Source: Hormiphora californensis
Lineage: Eukaryota; Animalia; Ctenophora
Length of the DNA: 64,000 nt
NCBI GenBank assembly: GCA_020137815.1
Contig: CM035356.1
Location: 2,976,001-3,040,000 of the forward strand
Direction: 5' to 3'
Below are positions 10,495 through 47,955 of the stretch, piece by piece. The translations under genes and the position numbers were made by a program. How positions within the stretch are numbered: the first letter of the stretch is position 1; the number at the start of each line of letters is the position of its first letter. The notes beneath the pieces are model-generated. The model was not told the origin of the DNA and did no database searches. It saw only the letters and a list, made by a program, of their open reading frames with translations.

Positions 10495-12510
10495 AGAGTG
10501 AGAAGGTTTCTTAGAGATAAGGTGGGTCAAAGTGAGAAGGTTTCTTAGAGATAAGGTGGGTCAGAGTGAGAAGGTTTCTTAGAGATAAGGTGGGTCTGAG
10601 TGAGAATGTTTCTTAGAGATTAGGTGGGTCAGAGTGAGAAGGTTTCTTAGAGATAAGTTGGGTCAAAGTGAGAAGGTTTCTTAGAGATAAGGTGGGTCAA
10701 AGTGAGAAGGTTTCTTAGAGATAAGGTGGGTCAGAGTGAGAAGGTTTCTTAGAGATAAGGTGGGTCAAAGTGAGAAGGTTTCTTAGAGATAAGGTGGGTC
10801 AAAGTGAGAAGGTTTCTTAGAGATAAGGTGGGTCAAAGTGAGAAGGTTTCTTAGAGATAAGGTGGGTCAAAGTGAGAAGGTTTCTTAGAAATAAGGTGGG
10901 TCAAGGTGAGAAGGTTTCTTAGAGATAAGGTTGGTCAAAGTGAGAAGGTTTCTTAGAGATAAGGTGGGTCAAAGTGAGAAGGTTTCTTAGAGATAAGGTT
11001 GGTCAAAGTGAGAAGGTTTCTTAGAGATAAGGTGGGTCAAAGTGAGAAGGTTTCTTAGAGATAAGGTGGGTCAGAGTGAGAAGGTTTCTTAGAGATAAGG
11101 TGGGTCAAAGTGAGAAGGTTTCTTAGAGATTAGTTGGGTGAAAGTGAGAAGGTTTCTTAGAGATAAGGTGGGTCAAAGTGAGAAGGTTTCTTAGAGATAA
11201 GGTGGGTCAAAGTGAGAAGGTTTCTTAGAGATAAGGTGGGTCAAAGTGAGAAGGTTTCTTAGAGATAAGGTGGGTCAGAGTGAGAACGTTTCTTAGAGAT
11301 AAGATGGGTCAGAGTGGGAAGGTTTCTTAGAGATAAGGTGGGTCAAAGTGAGAAGGTTTCTTAGAGATTAGGTTGGTCAAAGTGAGAAGGTTTCTTAGAG
11401 ATAAGGTGGATCGAAGTGAGAAGGTTTCTTAGAGATAAGGTGGGTCAGAGTGAGAAGGTTTCTTAGAGATAAGGTGGGTCAAAGTGAGAAGGTTTCTTAG
11501 AGATAAGGTGGGTCAGAGTGAGAAGGTTTCTTAGAGATAAGGTGGGTCAGAGTGAGAATGTTTCTTAGAGATTAGGTGGGTCAGAGTGAGAAGGTTTCTT
11601 AGAGATAAGTTGGGTCAAAGTGAGAAGGTTTCTTAGAGATAAGGTGGGTCAAAGTGAGAAGGTTTCTTAGAGATAAGGTGGGTCAGAGTGAGAAGGTTTC
11701 TTAGAGATAAGGTGGGTCAAAGTGAGAAGGTTTCTTAGAGATAAGGTGGGTCAAAGTGAGAAGGTTTCTTAGAGATAAGGTGGGTCAAAGTGAGAAGGTT
11801 TCTTAGAGATAAGGTGGGTCAAAGTGAGAAGGTTTCTTAGAGATAAGTTGGGTCAAAGTGAGAAGGTTTCTTAGAGATAAGGTGGGTCAAAGTGAGAAGG
11901 TTTCCTAGAGATAAGGTGGGTCAGAGTGAGAAGGTTTCTTAGAGATAAGGTGGGTCAAAGTGAGAAGTTTTCTTAGAGATAAGGTGGGTCAGAGTGAGAA
12001 GGTTTCTTAGAGATAAGGTGGGTGAAAGTGAGAAGGTTTCTTAGAGATTAGGTGGATGAAAGTGAGAAGGTTTCTTAGAGATAAGGTGGGTCAAAGTGAG
12101 AAGGTTTCTTAGAGATAAGGTGGGTCAAAGTGAGAAGGTTTCTTAGAGATAAGGTGGGTCAAAGTGAGAAGGTTTCTTAGAGATAAGGTGGGTCAGAGTG
12201 AGAACGTTTCTTAGAGATAAGGTGGGTCAGAGTGGGAAGGTTTCTTAGAGATAAGGTGGGTCAAAGTGAGAAGGTTTCTTAGAGATTAGGTTGGTCAAAG
12301 TGAGAAGGTTTCTTAGAGATAAGGTGGGTCAAAGTGAGAAGGTTATTTAGAGATAAGGTGGGTCAAAGTGAGAAGGTTTCTTAGAGATAAGGTGGGTCAA
12401 AGTGAAAAGGTTTCTTAGAGATAAGGTGGGTCAGAGTGAGAAGGTTTCTTAGAGATAAGGTGGGTCAAAGTGAGAAGGTTTCTTAGTGATAAGATTGGTT
12501 CTTAGAGATT
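10495..12510. repeat. 34-bp tandem satellite, right array (~59 units)
   Basis: Same unit as 1-5143, resuming in register; degenerates at ~12485-12510. Confidence 0.98.
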
Positions 12511-13007
12511 ATAAATATCCTGACCTGTGAACGAGTGTTCAGGGCATATATATTATATGCTGGTCTCCAAAGTAAAAACAAGTTTTTTTAAAGGTTTTGT
12601 AAAATAATAATAATAATAATAACTATGTTTATATTCCGCCCATATCCGACAGGGACAGAGCAGCGAAACTGCCGCTGTCACTGAAGGATGATCTGAACGG
12701 TTAATATACTGGTAAGACCTCGCCAACTTATCCCTAATAGAACACAAAATAATAAAGAAAAATTACACCGGCTCACATTACTATCGGCTCACATAACTAT
12801 CGGTGACTGAATACATAACAGACTGAGTTAGAGTCCTGGAACTCTAAAAAATGATATAAAAGTCCGTATATTGGAACACAGAAAAACACTCGTGCTATGA
12901 AAAACCCCAATTTATGCTTCACACTTCTGCTCGCCACGAGCTTAAATACAGAAAAATAATTAAAACGGGTACCAGCCAGAGCACATACCTCAGCAAGAAG
13001 GAGAGTG

Positions 13008-15983
13008 TTAAGAGGACAGTCCAGTCTCACCAAAAGCCTCAGTGAAAAGACTAGTCTTGAGCTTAGACTTGAAAGATTCCACAGACTCAACAGCTCTCAG
13101 ATCAAGGGGAAGCCTATTCCAGACTTCAGGCAGGTAAACCGACGGACGTCTTCTTCTCAACTTGGAAGTCGCGTTGACACTTGATAGCTTAGGGTACTTC
13201 AGCTTGAGGCCATCAGGCCAAGCATTTCCTCTAGTAGCCCGGATCACATGAAGTCCATCATCAACAGGGACCTGATCTTGCAGGTAGTCAGGGGCCAATC
13301 TATGTACAATCTTGTACGCCATAAGGCATGCTTTGAACGTGACTCGTTGTTCCACAGGAAGAACATGCAATTCTTTCAAGTATGGCATGTAGGTGTCTTG
13401 GTGACCGTGTAGGCCATAAACAAATCTGACACACGAGTTCAAGACTCTCTGAAGGCTGTTGAGAAGCTTCTTAGGTAAGCCATGGTAAAGGATATTACAA
13501 TAATCCAGTCTTGAAATGATGAGCTGCTTAACAAGGAGTATCTTCGTCGATCTATCTAGACACCGGTTTACCTGCCATAGATTCTTCAACAACAAACCAC
13601 ATTGCCTCTTAACACTGTTGATTTGCCTCTCCATAGAGAGGTTGCTATCAAGGAACACTCCTAGTGTTTTCCCTGTACTCCCCGTAAAGTCCACTGGGCT
13701 TATCTCCACTCCACCAAAGTCCACAGTGGGCTGGTAGACCATCTTATCCAGGGCGCTGTTTTTGCCTAACAGCAGGAATTCAGTCTTTGCCTCATTGCAC
13801 TTTAGCCAGTGCTCACTCATCCACTCTTTCACACTTGACAAGCATTCCTCAGTCCTCTCCTTTGCCAGTTTCCAGTTTTCCTCATCAGTTGGAACAAAGC
13901 TGATGTACAATTGCGAGTCATCAGCATAAAGTTTAATCCTTAAGCCATACGGTTTGACCAAATCTTGCAATTCCTCCACATACAGTAAAAACAACACAGG
14001 TCCAAGCAGTGAACCTTGCGGAACTCCACAAATCAGAGAGACAATCCTCGAAAGTTCCCCTTCCACGTTTACCCGATAAGTCCTCATTTGTAGATAGTTG
14101 GCGAACCAATCCAAGACAGAACCCCTCACTCCAAACCGTTCTTCAAGAACTTCTAGCAGCTTTCCATGGTCCACTGTGTCAAAAGCGGCGCTCATATCTA
14201 ATAGAAAGAGGCCTGCGACCTTTCCTTCATCCATATCCCGAAGGAGATCATCAAACATACCCATCAGTAGGGTTTCACAGCTATGATTCACCCTGTAACC
14301 TGATTGATGCTTATTTAGTAACTCGTTCTCATTAAGATACGAGTTGAGCTGCTCTAGAACTATCTTTTCAAGAAGCTTGGAGACAAAAGATAGGTTGGAG
14401 ACTGGTCGATAATTGGTCAAAGTGTCCTTATCGCCATAAGGGTTCTTAATCGTTGGAAACACCAAAGCTTGCTGGAGAAGTTCAGGAACACTGGAACATC
14501 CAAGAGATAGGTTAATAAACCTGTACAAGACTGGAGCTAGCTCATGCATACACCCCTTCACTAACCAAGTCGGTATAGGGTCAAGATCACATGTCTTGTC
14601 TGGCATGTCTTTGATTATCCTCTTTAGTTTCTCTGGGGAAACTTCCTCAAATTCCTCAAAATAACAGACGGGTGTCTGATGAATAGGGTTCCTCTTAGTC
14701 CTCAGATTCTTCTCTCCAATAACAGTAGACCGGATCTTATCAACTTTTCCAACAAAGAAGTCTGCAAAGTCATCCGCTAACCTCCGCTTATCTGTGGTTT
14801 CAGGCATAAAGGTCTCAGTATTACCAAGTAGACGGTTCAATTTCCTTTGAAGTGCTTTGGGGTCATCTCTGGACTCCTCCAAGTCTTCCTTGACGTAGTT
14901 CGTCCTCGCTTCCTTGTCAACACGCCCAAACTGCCTCTTGAGTTCATTGAACTGCTTCTTCGTGACGCTGGTTTTATTGTTCTCCCAGGCTCGCTCAGCA
15001 TTCCGCCGCTGACGAAGAACTTGACGCACCTCTGGATTATCTCTCCATGGCCTCAGCTTAGCTCCTCTCTTCTTTCTCCTCTTCAACGGGACAGTCCTAT
15101 CCACAAGTTCCTCAAGTTTCCTCATATAAATACACAAAACCTCCTCAGCTGATCCAGATTCCATCGCTTCACTCCAATCCACCCTCCTAAAAGCACATCG
15201 AAGTATTTCAATATCAACAGCCTTGAAATCTCTGTACATGTCCACTTTTTCACGAGTCTTGTATTCACTTGCTACAGTTTCAATACACAGCTCCGCCAAT
15301 ACAAGAAAATGATCAGAGGTCGTTCCGTCAGGAAATATTTCAACTGATTGAACCTTAGAATATCTGTCTTTTTGGCAGAGAAGCAGATCCAAAGTACCAC
15401 CACGAACATGAGTAGGTTGTAGTGGGACCCGCTGATCAAATCCAAGAGAGTCAAGTAGTCCAAGCAACTTCTTCGCATAGAAGTTCTGAGTATCTTGAAC
15501 CTGGAAGTTAAAGTCCCCCATCAGGATAGGGTTCCCCGTTTTGCAGACCAACTCTGACAAATAATCAGTAAACTCATCCAAGAACTGGGCTTCCGTAAAC
15601 CGTGCCTTGCCAGTATACGGAGGTCTATAGATATTGCACAGCCTCGTCACATCTTTTCCTCCTCCAATAAGGGCTTCCTGGACTTGAAACGATTTAAACT
15701 TGGCTTTTACCGGAGTGTATTTCAACTTGACACCATCCCTGTACAAGATTCCAATTCCACCTCCTGAACGTTCCGCTCTAGGCGAGGAGAAGATATTCCA
15801 ACCATAGTCTCTGATCTCCTGAAGTTTAGCTGTGTCACTCTGTTTCAGATAAGTCTCCTGTACCAAGCAGATGTCGCATCCTTTTTCCTCCAAGTGTGTA
15901 ATTACACCTGACGTTTTATTCATAACTGAGTGGACGTTTAGTGTGCCAATCCTCCAAGACGTTTTCCTCTCAGATCCTCCCAT
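13008..15983 (-). CDS. LINE ORF2: apurinic endonuclease plus reverse transcriptase (991 aa)
   Basis: APE motifs LNVHS, QET, GDFN, TLDL, SDH; RT motifs YRPVSNL, DMSAAFDTV, GVPQGSLLGP, YADD. CDLDPIP, SRLDYCN and the C-terminal WNRLP...FKSKLK are typical of the L2/CR1 group. Confidence 0.96.
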   Translation of the reverse strand: MGGSERKTSWRIGTLNVHSVMNKTSGVITHLEEKGCDICLVQETYLKQSDTAKLQEIRDYGWNIFSSPRAERSGGGIGILYRDGVKLKYTPVKAKFKSFQVQEALIGGGKDVTRLCNIYRPPYTGKARFTEAQFLDEFTDYLSELVCKTGNPILMGDFNFQVQDTQNFYAKKLLGLLDSLGFDQRVPLQPTHVRGGTLDLLLCQKDRYSKVQSVEIFPDGTTSDHFLVLAELCIETVASEYKTREKVDMYRDFKAVDIEILRCAFRRVDWSEAMESGSAEEVLCIYMRKLEELVDRTVPLKRRKKRGAKLRPWRDNPEVRQVLRQRRNAERAWENNKTSVTKKQFNELKRQFGRVDKEARTNYVKEDLEESRDDPKALQRKLNRLLGNTETFMPETTDKRRLADDFADFFVGKVDKIRSTVIGEKNLRTKRNPIHQTPVCYFEEFEEVSPEKLKRIIKDMPDKTCDLDPIPTWLVKGCMHELAPVLYRFINLSLGCSSVPELLQQALVFPTIKNPYGDKDTLTNYRPVSNLSFVSKLLEKIVLEQLNSYLNENELLNKHQSGYRVNHSCETLLMGMFDDLLRDMDEGKVAGLFLLDMSAAFDTVDHGKLLEVLEERFGVRGSVLDWFANYLQMRTYRVNVEGELSRIVSLICGVPQGSLLGPVLFLLYVEELQDLVKPYGLRIKLYADDSQLYISFVPTDEENWKLAKERTEECLSSVKEWMSEHWLKCNEAKTEFLLLGKNSALDKMVYQPTVDFGGVEISPVDFTGSTGKTLGVFLDSNLSMERQINSVKRQCGLLLKNLWQVNRCLDRSTKILLVKQLIISRLDYCNILYHGLPKKLLNSLQRVLNSCVRFVYGLHGHQDTYMPYLKELHVLPVEQRVTFKACLMAYKIVHRLAPDYLQDQVPVDDGLHVIRATRGNAWPDGLKLKYPKLSSVNATSKLRRRRPSVYLPEVWNRLPLDLRAVESVESFKSKLKTSLFTEAFGETGLSS

Positions 15984-17227
15984 GCCCTCGTCAGGTACAC
16001 GTTTTTTTCCTGCTTCGTTACTCCACTGGTACTCTCCATGAGTCTTCCTTTAGCATTTACATAGAATGGACACATACTGCTGGAGGCTGGGTGACTTTGA
16101 GCATGGCGCTTGTCCTCTCTGCTTCCTCCATGATCACAGTTGACACATTTCATCCTGCTCACTACATTTTCCTTCTTGGCATGGCAACTCCTAGTGTCAT
16201 GATCTCCCGTACAGAAGGCACAAACCGGAGATTTATCCTTGTTTGGGCAGTAGATGGATCCTGCTACATGGCCAAAGCGCTGGCAGTGAAAACACTGCGT
16301 GACATAAAACCTGTTCCTCACTGAATGCTGTCGAAGTTTCAAGAATAGCTTGTCCTTCCTTTCTGATATCGCCTTCCTCACTTCCGGAGAGACCTGGAAC
16401 ACTGCATATCTTCCTGTTCTGTTTACATGGACCACCTTCACCAGGTGACCCTCCTCAACTAGTCTCTTCACAGACTCATTCTTATCACTGACAATCTCTG
16501 ACAGAAGGCGATCTTTTTCCAGCAGGTCTTGGTCAAGATCATTGATCATGATGCGAGGATCTCTTTTCTTCTCCTTCTCCACTACGGGAGAAACATCAAG
16601 GAACGGTGAAAGAACTTCTTTCGCCTGTTCCAACTGTTCATCGGTCTCAAACATAAGATTTGTCCTCCTCTTGGTGACTGAAAGATCTAGCACTGGAATC
16701 TTATTCAATGCTTTCTCCACCTTTGTCTTCACGACAGTAGTCCACTTCTTCTCACACATAGGTCCTTCCTCACCTTTATCCTTGATAGTCAGATACCTCT
16801 TAATTGGAGTCACAGGGGTCACAGTTTCCTGTGCTGAGCCAGTGCGATTCACAGCATGAATTGCCAAATGGTCACTGCCAGGAGCTAAGATCTTGCTAAC
16901 CTTGGGGGCAACCAGATCCGGTAGTGTGCTCAGAAGATCCTCTTTCAGCTTATCCAGTGTATCTCTCAAGTCTTCAGCTGTGAATGATGTCACAGATTCA
17001 GATGAGTGGGTAGAGATGCGTCGTGTTTCTGGTAACAATCCATATAGTTCCTTGACCATCGTCCATAAAACCGCTTTGGAGGCTCCACTTGGAGGCTCCA
17101 CTGCATCATCCTTAATGCTCTGCAAAATACTGGCACCCTTACATCTATCAGAGTAGCTCGTGGCGAGCAACTTACCCTCCATATCGTTCCTGCACATTAT
17201 AACATCATGGGTAGCCACACCCGACAT
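15938..17227 (-). CDS. LINE ORF1 with gag-like zinc knuckles (429 aa)
   Basis: CFHCQRFGH...C, CAFCTGDH...C and CVNC...H...C; overlaps the ORF2 start by 46 nt. Confidence 0.9.
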   Translation of the reverse strand: MSGVATHDVIMCRNDMEGKLLATSYSDRCKGASILQSIKDDAVEPPSGASKAVLWTMVKELYGLLPETRRISTHSSESVTSFTAEDLRDTLDKLKEDLLSTLPDLVAPKVSKILAPGSDHLAIHAVNRTGSAQETVTPVTPIKRYLTIKDKGEEGPMCEKKWTTVVKTKVEKALNKIPVLDLSVTKRRTNLMFETDEQLEQAKEVLSPFLDVSPVVEKEKKRDPRIMINDLDQDLLEKDRLLSEIVSDKNESVKRLVEEGHLVKVVHVNRTGRYAVFQVSPEVRKAISERKDKLFLKLRQHSVRNRFYVTQCFHCQRFGHVAGSIYCPNKDKSPVCAFCTGDHDTRSCHAKKENVVSRMKCVNCDHGGSREDKRHAQSHPASSSMCPFYVNAKGRLMESTSGVTKQEKNVYLTRAWEDLRGKRLGGLAH

Positions 17228-17700
17228 CCTGTCCTGTAAATAGAGGCGCGAGGAACCGTTCCTTGCAAGTCTTGGCGTCCTTGGTTATAACCCAACGAGG
17301 TCCTCTGAGATCTGTTTACTTAGAAAAACCAGACACGTCTTCTCTTGTCTTTTCTTTAAGGAGAGGGATAAACAGAAGTCTCAGAAGGATTAGCGAGGGG
17401 CAGCAAAACGGATCCTCAAATTAATTTGTTTAAAGTAGTGTTGAAAAGTAAAGAAAGTAAAAAACTGAACGAACTAGAAAAAACACTCATAGGACAGTTT
17501 GTATTAGTTACACACTGCTATAATAAGTTCAGGTAATTATTAACACTGTTAGTAACACAGTAACCATGAAACGTGAATGTAATACTGCAATCCAAAGATC
17601 AAGTAAAACATTTAACAAGTTATTCATATTTTACAAAATAAGTTACCGCCCCAGCGGTAAAAACTCCATGGGAGTCGAATAGGGCATCACCAGAAAGCTT

Positions 17701-17834
<134 letters not shown>

Positions 17835-17971
17835 GCTGGGTTTTAAAGTATATTATTCACATTCAGAATTCAAAAATCTAAATCATAAAAGTGTCCTAAA
17901 AAAGTCCCCTCCCATCACCCTGTGAAAACAATTTTAATTTAACCCTAGAAAACCGCAATTTAACACTACTG

Positions 17972-44625
<26,654 letters not shown>

Positions 44626-44754
44626 ATTGTAAGTCTGGGGAGGCGGTTGGGGTAAGTTTTATAATAACCACTCCCACAATAAATCTGATTAAACAAATAA
44701 ATAATTGACGTGACAGGGGGTCTATCCAATTAGTACTACATGATACATACAGGA

Positions 44755-44918
44755 ACTGCAGTGGTAGGGTCTGACTGTGGTATGGAACCCCAAGCCCAAA
44801 CTTTCCGATCAGATAGAAAGCTAATTCCGGTTGCGTTGGATTCGTCTCAAAAAGGTGATTCAGAAAAGCTCCGTTCAGTAGGGGATTTCCAGACCACAGT
44901 CAGACACTATAATGCAGT
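44755..44918. mobile_element. Small MITE-like inverted repeat upstream of the ABHD start codon
   Basis: GTCTGACTGTGG...CCACAGTCAGAC with extended imperfect arms. Confidence 0.55.
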
Positions 44919-45623
44919 AGCAATGCATCACAAATGATACTGATCACACACAATGATATACTGACACACCCCCGCCACACCGCTATAATAGTACTGCGTT
45001 ACAGACCTTCTTAGTAGCATCTCTCTAGCGTGACGCGTTACATTGTTACAATTCGGACACTGTCTCTGACTGTCTCAAAAGAGGTATAGCTGGCTGTGAC
45101 AGTAGTTAGAGGGCGAGGTAGCTGGCTGCGACAGTAGTTAGAGGGCGAGGTAGCTGGCTGTGACAAATATTGCGAGGTAGTGATACTGTCTAATTTGCTA
45201 CACACGCCTACTTTTTGAATGGAATGTGGTACATCACGGGTTGCAGTGCATGGTACGCGTTAAATAGATACCCTGCAGGACTGTGTCAGTGATTAGTAAA
45301 CATGTGCCACACCAAAAGAAAAAAAAGAAAAACTCCACGGGCTCTTTCGAGCATGAAATGGGTTCATTTAGGCGTAAAATATATTCATTATGTGTTCGAG
45401 GGAAGCCGTATCAACATCACACAGGGGGATGAAACAGAGAATGCTGAAGAGAGGTCTAGAGAGAGAGACAGGGAGAGAGAAGAAGAGGTGTCTTCTTCCG
45501 CATATTTTATCGCACAAAATGATTCCAATCTTGGTAATAATTACCGTATTTATATTCTGTTCCACTCCCGCATTAGTGATCCCAATGTTTCAGATTCTTA
45601 TGTTCAAGGCACTGCTAGAATTG

Positions 45624-45820
45624 TGTAAAATAATAAGCAATAATAACAATGATAACATGTTTATAATTCACCCATTATATCCGACGGAGACAAAGCAGTA
45701 AACAAAGTGAGTTACTGTCACCGAAGAATGATCTGAACGGTTAATGAACTGGAAAGATACTCGACAACTAATTGCACGAAAAATATGGAATATTTTTATC
45801 CCGCTATAACACGGTTCATA
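45624..45820 (-). mobile_element. Diverged copy of the LINE 3' end (truncated related LINE or SINE tail)
   Basis: Aligns with 12598-12780, including an identical ATGATCTGAACGGTTAAT (12688 and 45728), ATATCCGAC and a degenerate (TAA)n tail. Confidence 0.75.
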
Positions 45821-46339
45821 TGAATAAATTGATTGAATTCATCAGTTAACTTTTAGTCTGCACTTTGTACGATCACGGTATTGTTCAAGGAGTCTGCAAC
45901 GCAGCCCAACAACAACAAGTGGACTATATCACTTTCCAGGAAGGGGAAGTCTTGATAACAATATAACAATGACCCAAACAAAAATTTTTCAAAAGAAAAA
46001 TGGTAACAAGCCGCACACTTGGGCCCTTTGGGGCCCACTTGCAGTCCCGGGATTTCCCCCGTCTCCTTGGGGCCCTTAAAAACCAAGACCCCAAAAAATG
46101 TATCGTAAAGGGGAAAAGTAGCATATGCTACAGATCCTCCACGACCGCACACACATGAGTGTTCTCAGGGGGTTTTTTCGACAAAAAATAAATTTAAAAA
46201 ATTTATAAAAAATTTTTTTTTAAAAAGTCACCCACTCGTTTTCCAAATTTTTTGGGTTCGCGTGATTTATTTTTTTTACCACGCGCGCCGGCCGGCAAAA
46301 AAAACCCGCAGCGCTTTAATAACGCGAGCTAATTTAAAA

Positions 46340-46608
46340 ATAACCCCCCCCTTTTCCCCTTTCCCCTTCCCCTTTCCCCTTCCCCCTTTCCCCTTTCCCT
46401 TTCCCTTTTCCCCTTTCCCCTTCCCGCTTCCCTTCCCTTCCCTTCCCCTTCCCCCCCTTCCTTCCCTTCCCTTTCCCCTTTCCCCTTCCCCCTTTCCCCT
46501 TCCCCCTTTCCCCTTTTCCCTTCCCTTCCCTTCCCCCCCCTTCCCTTCCCCCCTTCCTTTCCCCCTTCCCTTCCCTTTTTTCCCCTTTCCTTTTTTTCCC
46601 TTTTTTTT

Positions 46609-46640
<32 letters not shown>

Positions 46641-47955
46641 CCCATTTCCCTTTTTCCCTTTCCTTTTTTTTCCCTTTTTCCCTTTTTTTTTTCCCTCCCC
46701 TTCCCTTTTTTTTCCCCCCTTTCCCTTTTTTTTTCCCTTTTTTTTCCCTTTTTTTTTTTTTTTTTTCCCCCCCTTTTTTCCCTTTTTTTTTTTGGGCCGT
46801 TTTTCCCCTTTCCCTTTTTTTCCCTTTTCCCTTTTTCCCTTTCCCCTTTTTTTTTTTTTTTTTTTTTTTCCCTTTTCCCTTTTTTTTTTTTTTCCCCTCT
46901 CCCCGTTCGCCCCTTTTTTTTTTCCCTTTTTCCCGGTTTTTTTTTTTCCCCTTTTCCCACCCCCCCTTTTTCCTTTTCCCTTTTTTCCCATTTTTTTTTT
47001 TCCCTTTTTTTTTTTTTCCGGGTTTTTTTTCCCTTTTTTTTTCTTTTCCTTTTTTTCCCTTTTTTTTTTTTTTTCCTTTTTTCCCTTTTTTTTTTTTTTT
47101 TTTCCTTTTTTTCCCGGGGGGGGGGGTTCCCTTTCCCCCTTTCCCTTTTTCCCCTTTCCCCTTCCCTTCCCCCTTTCCCATTTGCCTTTTCGGGCCTTTT
47201 CCCCTTCCCCTTCCCCCTTTCCCTTCCCTTCCCCCCTTCCCTTGCCCCTTTTTTCCCCTTCCCCCTTCCCTTTCCCTTCCCCCTTTCCCCCTTTCCCCTT
47301 CCCCCGGGGGTTTCCCCTTTCCCTTCCCTTCCCTTTCCCTTCCCCTTTTCCCTTTTCCGGCCGCTTCCCTTTCCCTTCCCTTCCCCTTTCCCTTTTCCAT
47401 TCCCTGGCCCCCCCCTCCTTTTTCCCCCCCTGTCCCCTTCCCTTTTCCGCTTCCCCCTTCCCTTTCCCTTCCCTTTCCTTCCTTTCCCCTTTCCGCCCTT
47501 CCCCTTCCCTTTCCCTTCCCTTCCCTTTTTCCTTCCCTTTTTCCCTTTTCCCTTCCCTTCCCTTCCCTTGGGGCCCTTCCTTTCCCTTCCCTTCCCCTTC
47601 CCCTGTTCCCCTTTTTTTCCCTTTCCCTGGGGGTTTTTCCCTTGCCCTTTCCCCTTTCCCTTTTCCCCCTTTCCCTTTCCCCCATTCCCCTTTCCCCCCT
47701 TTCCCCCCCTTTTCCCCTTCCCTTCCCTTCCCTTCCCTTTTCCCCTTCCCCTTCCCTTGCCCTTCCCTTCCCTTCCCCTTTTTTGGCCCTTTTCCCTTTC
47801 CCCTGGGCCCTTCCCCCTTCCCGTTTGCCCTTCCCTTCCCTTCCCTTTCCCCCCTTTTCCCCCCTTTCCCTTCCCTTCCGCCCTTTTCCCTTCCCCCTTC
47901 CCCCCCTTCCCTTTTTCCCTTTTCCCTTTCCCTTTCCCTTCCGTTTTCCTTTTTT
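46340..47955. repeat. Polypyrimidine (TTCCC/TTTCCC) tract, probably homopolymer-inflated
   Basis: ~1.6 kb of almost only C and T runs. Confidence 0.85.

Larger units (their letters stand above)
12601..17690 (-). mobile_element. Apparently full-length non-LTR retrotransposon (LINE), L2/CR1 group
   Basis: Two intact overlapping ORFs, a ~400-bp 3' UTR and a (TTA)n tail at ~12601-12622. The 5' boundary is approximate and no TSD was recognised. Confidence 0.9.

Noticed and set aside
1-12510. CRISPR array or telomeric repeat
   Set aside because: Units are contiguous with no unique spacers, no cas genes are present and the context is eukaryotic. There is no short TTAGGG-type unit.
13516-17156. Small plus-strand ORFs within the LINE
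   Set aside because: Antisense shadows of ORF1 and ORF2.
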